From: Felis catus | Lineage: Eukaryota | Assembly: GCF_018350175.1 (NCBI RefSeq) | Contig: NC_058368.1 | Location: 187,800,001-187,864,000, forward strand | Length of the DNA stretch: 64,000 nt | Direction: 5' to 3' | Notes under the pieces: model-generated | Database searches by the model: none | Told to the model about the DNA's origin: nothing | Seen by the model: only the letters and a program-made list of their open reading frames with translations | Made by a program: the position numbers and the translations under genes | In this document: piece by piece, positions 13,237 to 26,549 of the stretch | Layout: every line of letters begins with the position of its first letter | Position numbering within the stretch: position 1 is the stretch's first letter

Positions 13237-14029
13237 ACCTTTTTCTCCCCGTTCTGATTCTGAGATGCTGTCAAAGCAAAGGGCATGGTGGGCCTTGCAC
13301 TTATTGTCAGGACAAATTTGTTTCTATTGATTCTGTCCTTTTCAGCTTCCCCATGTGGCCACCTGCCCAAAGGCCCTGCACCAGCCTCCGCAGGGAATTC
13401 AGGGCCAGGCCTAACAAGTCTGTATCCTAGCTACCTTGGAAAACGGGAAAGGACCTTGATGAGAAAGGAGCTAGAAATAGCAGGGGAGTGTTCTGTGAGG
13501 GAGCAGGCAGACAGGAGCAGAGGACACAGCTGCCTCTGAATCTCAGCTGGAGAATGTGTGTTGGAAAAAGCTAGAGCCTTATTAGAATAGGTTTTAGACT
13601 GAGATGACAGAAAGAGAGATTGATTCAGGAAAGGAAACAAATGTGTGGTGGACCCTCTGCTGGGTATGATGCATCATGGTAGGCTGTTTCATGTATATTA
13701 GGTCATCTCATCTTCATGAGATTCTTGAGGGCAGCAATTATTAACCTATGCAGCAGATGGGAGAACTGGGGCCCAGAGAGGCAAGTAATGCAACTAGGAT
13801 GCAATCTCAAGGCTGCTCCCAAAGCCTGTTCTCTCCCAGCGTACCTTGCACCTCTGAGGGCTGGTACTCTGGCCACGTTGCTGTTGCTGGGATACTCAGA
13901 TCAGCCCTGTGGGGTCAGGCATTAGGTCTGGTCTCCAGCAGATGAACTGTGGGTGTGGTGGCTCCAGAGGCCGTTAACGAACCATCAATCAGTCAACCAC
14001 CAGAACATGAATTAATCAAGAGTTTCAGC

Positions 14030-14245
14030 TTGGGAGTTTTACTGCTTAGGTTTGAATCTGGGCTTTGCCACAGACGAATTTGGTGTATTTCAGCCATTTA
14101 GACGTTTAAGTGACCACTTAGTCTTTCCATACCTTTGTTTGTTCATCTATGAAGTGGGCATCAGGGTGTTGTAAGGATTCACATATACGAAGTTCTCACT
14201 ACAGAGCTTGGTACATGGTAGGAGACCTGTAAAGGTCAGCTCTTA
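14030..14245 (+). mobile_element. MIR
   Basis: ggtttgaatctgggctttgcca...catctatgaagtggg...gttgtaaggatt. Confidence 0.6.
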
Positions 14246-14904
14246 TTTACTGAGTGCCTACTGCATGCTAGGCTAGGGATAGTGTTTGAAGGTGAGCAAA
14301 ACAAGGCCTGGTCCCTGCTTTCTTTGGTCTCATGCAAGGGGAAACAAGTAAATAATCACACAAATAAACAGAAAGATCTGTGTGTGAGGTACATAGTTCA
14401 TATGATCAGGCAGGAAATTGCCATCCGAAAGATGAATGGATGGAAACAAAGAGGCAAGGAGGAGGGCACAGGGCTCCGGGGTAAGTGAAAGGCATGTACC
14501 TGGGCTGAGAAGATACTAGATTGCCTGACTTTTTGAAACCCTTTTGTTAGAATCCTCTGAGCCTGTGTGCTTTTGTCTAGTACTCTGCGGACAAAGTCTC
14601 ATCCTGAAAGCTGATCATTGGACCAAAGCCTTCACAAAGACCATCAGTGGTTCTCCCAAGTAAAGATTCTTCTGGGACAGACTCATTAGTACTGGATCCA
14701 AGGCAAGTGAGAAGTTAAAAGGTGGGTTTTGGGCTAAGACTGAACTAGGTCTAGGTCTTTAACTTTTGGTAGGTTTCAGGTCATCTGTGGAAACTTTTCA
14801 ATACATCCCAGGGCCACACTCCAGGAAGTCCCAAGTTGGTGACTTTAGGGGAGGTCTAGAAATCTCCATTTTCTCATGCTTAGCCAGGAATGAAAACTCT
14901 AGTA

Positions 14905-15095
14905 CTGGCTGAATCCTGGCTCCATCACCGACCCTCTGGGTGGCTCTGGGCAATTTATTTAACCTCTCTGAGACCCAGTTTCTTCAATGAAAATAATACT
15001 ATCTATCTATAAGGCTATTATGAAGACGAAATGATATTAATACAAGAGTCCTTGGCATATAAACATTCCAAATATGGTAATTATTTTTATTAGCA
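14905..15095 (+). mobile_element. MIR
   Basis: tgaatcctggctcc...gggcaatttatttaacctctctgag. Confidence 0.65.
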
Positions 15096-15658
15096 TTTTT
15101 GGCTAACAGTGGAATATTCTTTTGCTAAGATTGGCAGTGAGAATGATCTATTATGGGTGTACTGACCCTTTGTTGGCTGGCAATGATTCTTATACTGGCT
15201 GCCAGGCGGATCAAACATAATCTCAAATTAAGTTCTTGTCCTCCCCTTCTCCATTTCTCTTCTTTGAATTTACTGATTTTAAGTGAACCTAACAGCACTT
15301 TGGCCTTAGGGGAATGTCAGGGTAAGAGTGAATTTATTCCTTCTACAAATCTTTATTGAGGACTACCGACTGTCAGAGACTGTTCTAAGTGCAGGGGTGG
15401 GGGCAATATATAAAAAAGAAAAATTAAGGTCCTTGTATAATTATCAAATTGCTTTTCAAAAGGGAAATATCAAATTGCAGAGGTTTGAGTGCTTGAAAGA
15501 ATGCTCATCTCACCTCACCTTGACTCATTTTTGGTATTATCTTTTTTTAAATCTCTACAAGATTGCTGGGAAGGGCATGTTCTCTCATTTTTATCTTCAC
15601 TGGAATTTTGGCTCTATCACTTACAGCTATGATGTGAACTTGAGCAAACTAACCACAT

Positions 15659-15846
15659 GTTTTTTTGTTTTTTTTCTTTTTTAAAGTGTATTTATTTTGA
15701 GAGAGAGTGGGAGGGGAAGGGCAGAGAGAGAATCCCAAGCAGGCTCTGCATTATCAGTGCAAAGCCCCACGCGGGGCTCACAAACCGTGAGATCATGACC
15801 TGAGCTGCAGTCGGATGCTTAACCGACTGAGTCACCCAGGTGCCCC
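15659..15846 (-). mobile_element. Can-SINE
   Basis: Ends cacccaggtgcccc. Confidence 0.9.
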
Positions 15847-15867
15847 AAACTAGTCCACAGTTCTAAG

Positions 15868-16060
15868 CTACAGAGTCTGACAGACCAGGTTTGGGGTCTT
15901 AGGGCTCAGCCGTTAGCAACTGTGTGACCTTGAGCAAGTCACTTCACTTCTTTTAGCCTCCGTTTTCCCCTTTGTAGGGTGATTAAGATGGACCTCGTAG
16001 GTTGCTATGAGGACTGAGTGATACCATGTCTGCAAAGCTCCTAGCAAGTAATAGTCAGTA
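15868..16060 (+). mobile_element. MIR
   Basis: ctgtgtgaccttgagcaagtcacttcac. Confidence 0.7.
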
Positions 16061-16918
16061 TAGTCACAAAGCCCAACATGACTGAAAGACGTGATTATTA
16101 TGGCCTCCCCTTATCCTGTTGCTTCAAAATGCCAGCTTCCCTAATCCCCCACTCTGCAAATCTACAACTTAGGGGTTTGAATTTCGACTTGGAGAAGGTT
16201 AATGCTGAGAAGGTTTCCCCTCAGTTTTAGAAGTCAGGCGTGATCTCCAGGAGGGCTGTGCTACTGAAAGCTGAAAGCTGGGAGGTGACCAAGTCAGAAA
16301 GGAATTGTAACTCACCCATGGGAAACTCGGTTCTAAATCCCCTATCAGGTGGAAAATTGGTGGAGTAGAGCGATGACCCCCCTCGCAGCATCTGGGCTCC
16401 CACTGTGTGGAAGGTGTAGATCAAGCTGTGGATGAGAAGGAGTCAAGCAGCCCAACTACAGCCTGGTCCTCACTGGACGTGGGGCACCAGGGCCTTCCCA
16501 GCAGGCTCAATTTGGTCTCTGGAGCTTGCTGACATTTTCCATTGAAAGAGAACACGAGAAGGGCTGGCTAGATAGAAATCCTCTTCCATATTCATGCAGG
16601 ATGAAGGCAGATGTGTTGATTTCCTTTTAAATACCCGTGTCACTTCAACTGTAATTATCTTTTCCCAAATTCAAGTACAGACTGGGGCGGAGTTGAAAGG
16701 GAGAGGGTATGAATGTATAATAGAATTCTAAAAACAAAAACAAAAACAAAAACACCTCATCAAATTTATAGCCAAATGCAAACTTCAATCACTTCCTGGG
16801 ACTATTATGGGCAGGCACAACTGATGGAGAACAGGGTTTAGAGTTTATCGTATGTGAGTTCAAATCCTACAGTCCCCACTTATTAGCTGGTGGCTCTCAG
16901 AGCCTTGGTCTCCTTATC

Positions 16919-17133
16919 TTTTTTTTTTTAATGTTTATTTATTTATTTTGAGGGGGGAGGGCGGGGGGAGAGAGAGAATCCCAAGCAGGTTCAGTGCTGT
17001 TAGCATGGAGCCCGTCGTGGGTCTCGATCTCACCAACCATGGGGCTCCATCTCACTAACCACGACATCATAACCTGAGTCGAAATCAAGAGTCTTTGATT
17101 TTGTGGTGCCTGACTGAGCCACCCAGGTGCCCC
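16919..17133 (-). mobile_element. Can-SINE with a small internal duplication, inside a MIR (16830-17270)
   Basis: Ends gagccacccaggtgcccc; repeated atctcac(c/t)aacca. Confidence 0.88.
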
Positions 17134-17547
17134 ATCACTCACTTTATCTTTTAAATGGGGATGATAATGGAACTGACCTCGTGGGTTTTACAGAACTGAA
17201 AAAGCTAAAGCATATATTAGCTCAGTGCCTTTAAAATAATAAGCTCTTAAGAAATGCCAGCTACTTTTATTACTGAGGGGGCAATGTACTGTTTGATGCA
17301 GTTGAAATGTTCAGTGTTGTTGGTATTACAAAGTCCTCTCTTGTGGAATGATATTAGTACATAGTAATAGTGGGTTTGGTGACCTTACCTGGTAAAACGA
17401 AGGGTTGGCATCCCTAAATTTGCCCTTCAGGAGTGAAATGTAAATAACAATACCTTCCAGACAATATTGTTGTAAGAATTAAAGGAGAGAGACACGGGAG
17501 GTGCCCTACACAGGTGGCCTGAGCTGGGATTCCGTGTTCTACCTGTA

Positions 17548-17800
17548 GCAGCTCTGTCTTACAGAAACATAATGTTGAGCCACATACAGAACTGAAAAAT
17601 TTCTGATAGCCGTATTAGAAACATCAAAAGACATGGGTGAAATTAATTCTAAAAGTGTTTTAAAATTTTTCCCACTAAGTCTTTAAGATCCGGGATGCAT
17701 TTTATACTTACAGCACATCTCAATCTGGAGCAGGTGTATTTAATGTGTTCAATAACCACAAGAGGCTGGGGGCCCACCCTGTTGGGCAGCATAGTTCTAG
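17548..17800. mobile_element. MER33-like hAT fossil
   Basis: gggtgaaattaatt...tttatacttacagcacatctcaat. Confidence 0.7.
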
Positions 17801-18084
17801 AGAGTATTGGAAGCAAAGCTATAGAGAGACACTGAATCCAATTCCTCCCTTCCCTTCCCAAGTCTGAATCTTTTAGAAATGCAAAATCAAGCTATGAAAA
17901 ACATCTTTCAAATTCATTTCCTCTCTTTGGGATGTCTTTTTTTCAAGTACTCAGTTCCTTGGCTGACACAAAGGAAGGTATTGGGCTCTGGGTGAGCCTG
18001 GATGTGGGATGTAGATTTTTTTCTTTTTGTCTGTGACCAGCAGTTCTAGTAGGAGAGTACTTTCTAATTTTGGAATAATAGAAA

Positions 18085-18320
18085 CCACTTATTAAGTATC
18101 CAGTACAGTGCTAAGTGATTTCCGTGTATTGCTTTATTTGATCCTCACAAAGACACTGTGAAATAGGTGCTATTACGCTGTTTTTACAGATGGAAAATAG
18201 AAGCTCAGAGAAGTTAAGTAACTTGCCTAAAGTCACACAGCAGGGAAATGACAGGGACACTGGATCTCACTGAATTTGAACTCAGGGTCTATATTGATGA
18301 GCTTTTATGCTATTCTTTAT
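18085..18320 (-). mobile_element. MIR
   Basis: ttttacagatgg...gctcagagaagttaagtaacttgcctaaagtcacacagc. Confidence 0.8.
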
Positions 18321-18839
18321 CATTAGCAAATTGCAGAGTTAGGACTCAAATTCACCTCTGACTCCCTAGTTGATTCATACTACCACTCTGAAGCCACAAG
18401 TTTCTCAATTTAAAAGGGAATAATAGTAGTCACTTTGCAGGGTAATCCGGAGTATCAAATGAGCTAATTTACTTGCAAATCTGTACTGGAAATGGAAGTG
18501 CTTTGTCTCACTATCAGAGCTCTAGTTTTGGCCTTTCACTAGAGAGGTTCACGATCTGGTTATCACAAATTTTTGGATCCTTTAGTGACGGTGTCAGGAA
18601 GTGTGACTCCAGTGCTTGGCACAAAAGGCCAAGAAGTTAGAAAATCTGGGATGAGCCCGTGGGCCTTGCACGTCCCTGTGTGATGGAGTGCAGTGAGCAC
18701 TGGGCCAGGAGTCAGGACACTTCTGTTCTAGTGGGGGCGTCTCTCTCAAGGCTAGGAAACTTTGGGCAGGTCCTTTCTCTGTAAACAATGAGAACAAGAC
18801 CAGAGGGGATCTGAATTCCTTCCCAACTCTGACCCTTCC

Positions 18840-19030
18840 CTCCGCAGAGAAGAGGACCTCGCAGTGCGCGCGCGCGCGCGCGCGCGCCCGCCCCCCGCCC
18901 GCCCCCGCGCGCGCGCGCGCACACACACACACACACACACGCACGCAGAGTTTAAAGGCCCAGCGCATGAGCCACGTGACTACAAATGCACGCGGCGCTC
19001 TATTCCCCAGTGGGCGGAAAACGCAGGGGT
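18840..19030. promoter_or_regulatory. Orphan CpG-rich element: (GC)11, C-rich G4 spacer, (GC)7(AC)10, then E-box and ACTACA motifs
   Basis: Read directly from sequence; CACGTGAC at 18973, ACTACAAATGCA at 18979; regulatory role is inferred. Confidence 0.6.
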
Positions 19031-19754
19031 GGCCTTATTATGAATGAATATCGAGCAAAACCCACAGAATTGAGGCTTCAGAGAGAAGTCACTATGGTGA
19101 CCAAAGCAGAGAAAACGAGTGTGGGCTCCGAGAGCCCTCCAAGGTCTCCTGCCTTTCATTCCAGAACTCTGCCGGGCTCCCGGCACGGCGGGCTCTGCTG
19201 CGTTAGATGCCTCAAGGTCAAGGGAACAAAGAGAGAACGACAACTAAATTGGCTTGTGTATTCCCGTCTTCGTCAGCAACCACGGACCAGGGTGGGAGTG
19301 GGCTAAGCCTGCAAGGAATTCGGATTTGGATACAGGGGCCAAAAACTCCTACAGAAGGGGGTCACCTCTGAAGGTTCACTGCCTGGTGGAGTGGGGAGGA
19401 GTCAGGAGCTATGCCACCTTCAATTCAGTGCACCCAACACCCAGGTCTCCGCTTCCCGAGGAGAACTCCTTATGAATCATTTAGAGTCCCTGAAAAACTC
19501 TTCTGGGACTTGCTTCTCGCCTTCACCCAGCACGCACACCAAAGTAAAATATGTTGTGTGTTGTGACCCAACGGAGAAGGGCAGGCTGCTGATGCCTCTG
19601 GGATCTAGGATGCGGACTCTCCCCATTAGCTCCTGGGCAACCCACTCAGGCCTGCTGCTCTGCACACCCTGTCCAGAGATTCCGTGTTTGGAATCCTCCT
19701 ATTGGGAGGATGGCTCAGGTCATCCTGGGTGGCCCAGGTCCTGATTCCCCAGTT

Positions 19755-19854
19755 GGTGAGTTTCAGCCCACCTAAGGCTCTGTGCTGACAGCTGGGAGCC
19801 TGGAACCTGCTTCAGATTCTGTGCCAGTCTCTCTCTCTGCCCCTCCCCCGCTTG

Positions 19855-19890
<36 letters not shown>

Positions 19891-19925
19891 AATAAATAAA
19901 TAAACATTAAAACAAACAAAAAAAG
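19755..19925 (+). mobile_element. 5'-truncated Can-SINE
   Basis: ctctgtgctgacagc...(CT)n, AAAT tail. Confidence 0.85.
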
Positions 19926-20847
19926 GAATCCTCCTATTAAAAGGCTACCCTAGGCTTTTTTTAAAAAATTCACTTATATATTTATTTGCTGAAGTAAGGA
20001 TTTAAACATTTCTTAAATACATGTGCATTATAGAAAAACGAGAAAATTAGGATAACTGGGACATGCAGATGAGCAAAAAGAAAAGAAAACCCACATTGAT
20101 TCTACCCCCTGGAAATAACTATTCACTTGCCTAGTCATTTGTTTATGAATTCTACAAATGTTTTTTGAAAGCCTGCCATGTGCCAGGCACTGTGCTACAC
20201 ATGCGAGAGATGCAGTGATGAACAAGACAGACATCACAAGGGTCTTTTTTTTTTTCCCCTAGGTATAGCTAGACACGCATTCCTTCCTAAACCATGTGAG
20301 CTGTTTTTAAAACAAACAAATACAAATAAAACAGAGTAGGAATTTGGCATAAGAATGTACCAAAGCAGTTTAGACCTGTATTTGCATATGTAGTCAGAGC
20401 ACTGGCTGGGGGTAAACACTGGAATAGCCCTAAAATAAATGCTAACACTAGTGCCTGGTCCCTGGCTTCTGGCTCAGAATTTACTTCGGATGAACCAAAT
20501 GACTTCCATGCTCCCACCCAGGCCTCCAGACCTCTGGGAGGGATAATAAGAACTGTTACCACCTATAGACATGATCCAATTTAATGTAACCTTCACAGCA
20601 GCTATTTGAGGTAGAGATGATGATGATCATTCCTGCATTACAAACGAGGAAGCTGAAACAGAGGTAAATAATGATGACAGAGGAGTAATTCTATCAAAAT
20701 GATCTGGGGGTTGTGGTTTCTCAAGATTGGCCCTCGTATCACATGTACCTCTTTAGCTGACGTTTCCACCTATTTTTCAGAAATCTTCACATAAGGTCAG
20801 GGGCTCCTTGTAATCAATGAGCAAATAGGTATTGATCTCTGATGCCT

Positions 20848-20968
20848 ATTTTTATTTTTTATTCTTTTTTATTTTTTTAGTGATCTCTGCACCCAATGTG
20901 GGGCTCAAACTCACAACCCCAAGATCAAGAGTTGCATGCTCTTCTGACTGAGCCATCCAGGCACCCCA
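20848..20968 (-). mobile_element. Short Can-SINE
   Basis: gactgagccatccaggcacccc. Confidence 0.85.
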
Positions 20969-21166
20969 TCCGATACCTAGATGTGCCTCAGTTTCCTAAT
21001 CTGTAATGGTGATAATTATGGAATGTACCCAATTAGGATATAATATGGTTTAAGTGATTTCATGCCGGATGAGAAGCACATGATAGGGACTAAATACCAT
21101 TACTTGGATAAGCACTAGTCTAAGGAAGCTATAAAATGAAATCTTTTTAAGAGTCTCATAATCTAA

Positions 21167-21393
21167 GGGGCACCTGGGTGGCTCAGTCTGTTAAGTGTCT
21201 GACTTCAGCCCTGGTCATGATCTTGTGGCTTGTGGGTTTGAGCCCCGCGTCGGGCTCTCTGCTGATAGCTCAGAGCCTAGAGCCTGCTTCAGATTCCCTC
21301 TCTCTCTCCCCCTCCCCCGCTCATGCTCTGTCTCTCTCTGTCAAAAATAAATAAACATTTAAAAATTTTTTTTAAATAAACATTGAAAAAAAG
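21167..21393 (+). mobile_element. Can-SINE
   Basis: TSD agagtctcataatctaag on both sides. Confidence 0.93.
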
Positions 21394-21804
21394 AGAGTCT
21401 CATAATCTAAGATCTGCTACCTTTAAAATGATAGAAGAACCCAACTGAGAGAAATAATCAAATACATAAATGTTCTTAGAATTTTTTTTGAGAGGGTGGA
21501 TACAATCAAGGTAGAATCTAAGGTCAGGTTTAACTTGTGGGCTTGCAACTAGAAGGCTGGACAAAAAATGCACACTGATATGCCTTTTATCCAAAAATCC
21601 TGTCCTGGAGGATGGTGAAGGAAATAGAAGAAATAGCCAAGAGATCAAAGTTGCCAAGAGCACATCTTTGGAGACTCAGAGACCTGGTGCCCATCCTGAT
21701 CCCATTTTCCAGCTTTAGAAGTTTTCTTTGACCTCTCCGAGGCTCCCTTTCCTTCTGGGTTGTTGCAAGGATCAGCATTCATTTCTGCAAGACACCCAGC
21801 ATGA

Positions 21805-21910
21805 ACCCTGGCCAACTATCACCATTTGCCCAGGACTGTCCCACTTTTAAGCTGAATGTCCTACATTCCAGAAAACCCTTCGGTCCAGGCAAACCAAGAT
21901 GGTCAACATA
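21805..21910. mobile_element. MER81-like hAT-Blackjack MITE
   Basis: tttgcccaggactgtccc...ccaggcaaacc...tggtca. Confidence 0.55.
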
Positions 21911-22380
21911 GAACCACTCCCTCTAAAGCAGTGTCCTTGAAGTGCAATTTTAAGGAACTATGTTGACAGGGCAGCTGTTGAAAATATACAAAGAAGGGAG
22001 GGGGAGCATGTGAAAAAACACCCAAGACTGTAGAGGAAGATGTCTCAGGACAGTACCCACTTTGATGTACTTATCGTCCCCAGGCTTACCTGGCTGCTGT
22101 CTACACCTGGCACATAGGAGGTACTCACAGATCAATGATGGCTCTCCTTATAGGGATTGTTCTCAATATTAGGATTGACCTTTGTAATATGATGGCCTCT
22201 TCCACCTGCCTATCTGAGGTGTGCATCTGTTACTAAGGGGCTGGTGGTATGGGATGTACAGCATCTACATAGAACAAGAGGCTTTAACACCGTCTGTGGA
22301 TGAGTATGTGGGGTGGGGGAAGATTTAGGGAAATATCTCAAATATTTTTCATTTTAATTTTTTTAAATCTTAAAAAAAAA

Positions 22381-22606
22381 TTTTTAATGTTTAATTATTT
22401 TTTGAGAGAGAGAGAGAGACAGAGACAGAGAGAGACAGAGTGCCAGCAGGGGAGGGACAGAGGGAGAGGGAAACACAGAATCTGAAGCAGGCTCCAGGCT
22501 TGGAGCTGTCAGCACAGAGCCTGATGCGGGGTCTGAACTCACAAACCGTGAGATCATGACCTGAGCTGAAGTCAGACACTTAACCAACCGAGCCACCCGG
22601 GCACCT
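22381..22606 (-). mobile_element. Can-SINE
   Basis: Canonical body; (AG)n tract. Confidence 0.92.
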
Positions 22607-22630
22607 GTCATTTTTAAAAATCTTTAAATT

Positions 22631-23374
22631 GTGTGGTAATCAGCTCCCAATGATCCTTGCCTCTTGATACTCATGCTCTTGCATAATCTTCTCTCTTAGT
22701 GTTTGGGCTCAACCTACTGACTCGCTTCTTTTTTTTTTTTTTAACACTTATTCATTTTTGGAGACACAGAGTGAGATAGGGCATGAGAGGGGGTGGGGCA
22801 GAGAGAGGGTGGGGAGACACAGAATCCGAAGCAGGCTCCAGACCCTGAGCTGTCAGCACAGAGCCCGACACGGGGCTCAAACCCATGAACCACAAGATCA
22901 TGATCTGAGCCAAAGTTGGATGCTTAACCCACTGAGTCACCCAAGCACCCCTTGACCTATTGACTTGCTTCTGAATAGACCATAGCACAAGTGATGAGAT
23001 GCCTATTCTGAGATTAGGCTATAAATGACTGTGACTTCTCTATTGCTTGCTCCATTTTTCTCTGATGAAGCAAACTGTAAATCATGAACTGTCCTATGGA
23101 CAGGCCCATGTGACAAAGAGGTGAAGGCAGCCTCTAGCCAGCAGCAATGAAGGAATTGACTCCTGCCAAGAATCATGTTAGTAAGCTTGGAAGTAGGCCC
23201 TTCCCTAATCTAGCTTTCAGGTGAGATTGCAGCCCCTGTTGGCATCTTGGTTACGTTTTAAGAGAGACCCTAAACAAAGGATCCAACTAAGCTATGCCTG
23301 AATTTCTGCCCAGAGGCACTGTGATAAAATACATGTATGATGTTTAAGACACTAGCAGTAATAGATAACTAATA
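22631..23374 (+). mobile_element. MLT1F-like MaLR LTR interrupted by a Can-SINE (22728-22951, minus strand)
   Basis: tgtggt...cccaatgatcc...; ends gcagtaatagataactaata; SINE TSD accta(c/t)tgact(c/t)gcttct. Confidence 0.75.
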
Positions 23375-24111
23375 TAAATCTATATACCGAAAAGCACACA
23401 TAAGTGCATGGCTTGATGAACTTTTATAAACTGAACATTCCTGTGAAACAAGTAGGTAGATGAAGAAACAGAAAATTATCAGAATCCTAGAAAATCCTAC
23501 TCATATTAGCTTGTAGTAGTTATTAGCTGAACTGTCCTATTCCCCTTCCCTGGTCAAAAATAACCTCTATCCTGACTTCTGAGAGCATACATTTGCTTTG
23601 CTTGTTTTGGTACCTTATGTGAATGGAGTCATACAATATGTAAAATATCTTTTTTTGAGCAGATTCTCAGAGAGATCCCTGGATACATTTAGAAGCACTG
23701 AGATGCATGGAGAGAGAGCCAATGATTGATATGTTTGTCAGTATTTATCAATCACTGTCTTGATCTGAGAGTAGGTGATTTGATTTTAGAAGAGAAATAT
23801 TGGTTACTGGACAGAAATTGTTCTAGAACAGGAGGAGCAATTCATTCAGTGACCGTGGTTTTGCAGCCATGTGCAGTGAGTTAGTTCCTTTTGTGGTGGG
23901 TCTCTGCTCCCCATGCTATTTTTTGTCTATAATTTGATTTCCTGAGAAACCAAGCCCAGAAAAAAATAACCACAATTAGCCATATTTAAAACTCTCCATG
24001 AACCAACACCCCAGTGTTTGGGGTTTTATTTAGTCTTTCACAAGGTTGGTTAGTGGGAGTCAGAGCCCCTAGAATATGATTAACACCAGATGTAATAAGA
24101 CTGAATATCTA

Positions 24112-24230
24112 AGGGCACCTGGCTGGCTCAGTTGGAAGAGCATCCAACTCTTAATCTTGGGGTTGTAAATTTGAGTCCCACATTGTGTACAGAGATTACT
24201 AAAGAAAATAAATAATAGTTTAAAAAAAAG
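24112..24230 (+). mobile_element. Short Can-SINE
   Basis: TSD aagactgaat(a/t)tcta. Confidence 0.85.
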
Positions 24231-24627
24231 ACTGAATTTCTAGATCTAGTTGCTAACAATAATGGCAGTGTGCTTACTATGATTTAGGTTCTATGTTAAA
24301 CACTTTACATATATCACTTAAAAACAAGCACACCCTTATGTAGTTATTATTTAGATATTTTGTAAATGAGGAAACAGAGATTAATCAACTAGCCTAAGAT
24401 CATGCCCAGATCATATAGCTAGCCAGAGGCCAACTGGGAAGTCACATACAGTTTCATACACTTCCACTTTGAGTTTTTAGCTACTGAACTGTAGTACCCC
24501 ACAGAGCTCAAGATCAAAGTTTTCTTGTGACAGCGAAGATCCACTTGAGTAGTCAGCTATATTCCTTATCCCTGCCATTTATCTGTCCATCCATTCAGTG
24601 ATCTGTTTAATCACCATTTATCTACCT

Positions 24628-24979
24628 GCTATGGTCTGAATGTTTGTGTCCCTCCAAAATTCATATGTTGCAATCCTAAACCCTCATGTTGATGGTATTA
24701 ACAGATGGGGGTCTTTGGAAGGTGATTAGGTCATGAGGGTGGGGCCCTCATGAATGAGATAAATGCCCTTGTAAAAGAGGCCCAAGAGAGCTCCCTTGTC
24801 CCTTCCTACCATGCTAGTATATCAGAAGTCTGCAACCTGGAAGAGGGCTATCACCCAAACCATGGTGGCACCCTGATCTTGTACTTCCAGTCTCCAGAAC
24901 TGTAGGAAATACATTTCTGTTGTTTGTAAGCCACCCAGTCTGTGGCATTTTGTTCTAGAAGACTGAATGGATTAAGACA
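24628..24979 (+). mobile_element. MLT1A-like MaLR solo LTR
   Basis: tgctatggtctgaatgtttgtgtccctccaaaattcatatgttg ... gactgaatggattaagaca. Confidence 0.85.
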
Positions 24980-25229
24980 TCATCCAACCTTTCAACCATC
25001 CATCCAACCCTCATCCATTCATCTAACCGTCCATCTAATCTCAGATACCATGTGGCTATCCATTCCATAAACACCAAGGGCTTCTTCTATGCTGATTCTA
25101 TGCCAGGAAGAGGCTGAATGCAGGGTTGACTAGGATACAACAGCTTAGGTTCCCAATAGACTTGAAACTCCTTGAGGGTAGAATCTCTTGTTTTTATATC
25201 TTCAGTACATAAAATATGATTTGGCTCTG

Positions 25230-25705
25230 TATTCCTTTCCAATCTTTTTTCACCAAGCTATGTTCTTGCTCATTCCTCTTCAACAACACTGGTCTCTTTC
25301 TGTTTCTGGAATGAACTAAGCCCCCTTTGGCCTAAGGACTTCAGCAATTGCTGAAGTCATACAACAGTCAATAACTGGCTCTGTCTTATCCTTTGCATTT
25401 TAGCTAAAATGTCTTATCACCAGAGGGACTTTTTCTGACCACCTTATCTAAAGAAGACACTCTCTGCCCCTCTGCTAGAAATGATTGCTTATCACTCATC
25501 CTGTTTTTTTTTATGGCATTTCTCACAATCTGTAATCATCTTGTTTACTCATTGCTTATTTTCTAACTCCCTAATTAGAAAAATAAGCCCCAGGAGGCCA
25601 GGCATTAAGTTTCTTACGTTCTTTCTACATGCCTTCAGCCTGGTAAGCCCAGTAACTGGCACATAGTAGGTCTTCAATATTTATTTGTTGAATAAATGGA
25701 TGAAA
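25230..25705 (+). mobile_element. L2 3' fragment
   Basis: ttttctgaccacc...ctggcacatagtaggtcttcaata...tgttgaataaatg. Confidence 0.65.
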
Positions 25706-26549
25706 GATGCATGATTAGATCTTCCCAGTATTAACAAGCTTGAGGAGTACTACAAAACAAACCTGAAAGATAGAGGAGGAACAGAGAGGGCCTCGACAGA
25801 AAAGCAGAAGGGGTTACGCTTGATGTGAACATAGAGACCCAGTAGAGGCTCTTGGGTTGCAGGATGAAAACAGTGATTTAGAGGGAGGACTTGGTATGCG
25901 GCAGTCTGCCATAAATGCTTAATTTAAGCGATTCACTGCAGCATCTTGCGATGAATTACTGTAAGAGTTAATCAGGTCCTAGGACCTGAGCTGTATTTTT
26001 TTCCTTCTGAGAGGTTATACAGTGTGGGAACTCAGCATGGATCTAGGAGTTTTATAGAATTATATGTAATACTTAATTGACTATAGTGAATTATAGACCA
26101 AGTGATCATGGTGAAAACCCTGTAAGGTGGGATCCATGTCTGTTTACTGCAGGCATCTGGCCTGCAGGAGATAAATTATTTGTTCAATGAATGAGTGAGT
26201 GGAATAGTTGTGCACCTTGGCAGAGGTGTGTTAGATTGGACCTGCTGTTAGGCGCGTGACCTCTGAGATCTTTAACCTGGCTAAGGATCAGTTTTCTCAT
26301 CTGGAAAAGAGGGAGAGGATTTAATTCACAGGATTTTAAATGAGAGCTTATGGGAAAAATCTCTGACACAGACTGGACAGTCAGTAATTTCATTTCCTTC
26401 TGCTACTTTGGAGATGCTAAACCTGCCCTGACTAGGATTTCCTATTGGCTTTTCCCAAGAGCCCCGTGACTTGAAATAGTCAGAACATATGGTGATATTT
26501 AGTTTTTTCCATTTTTGGTCCTTTTCAATGTAAAATTGGAATTTTGTCT

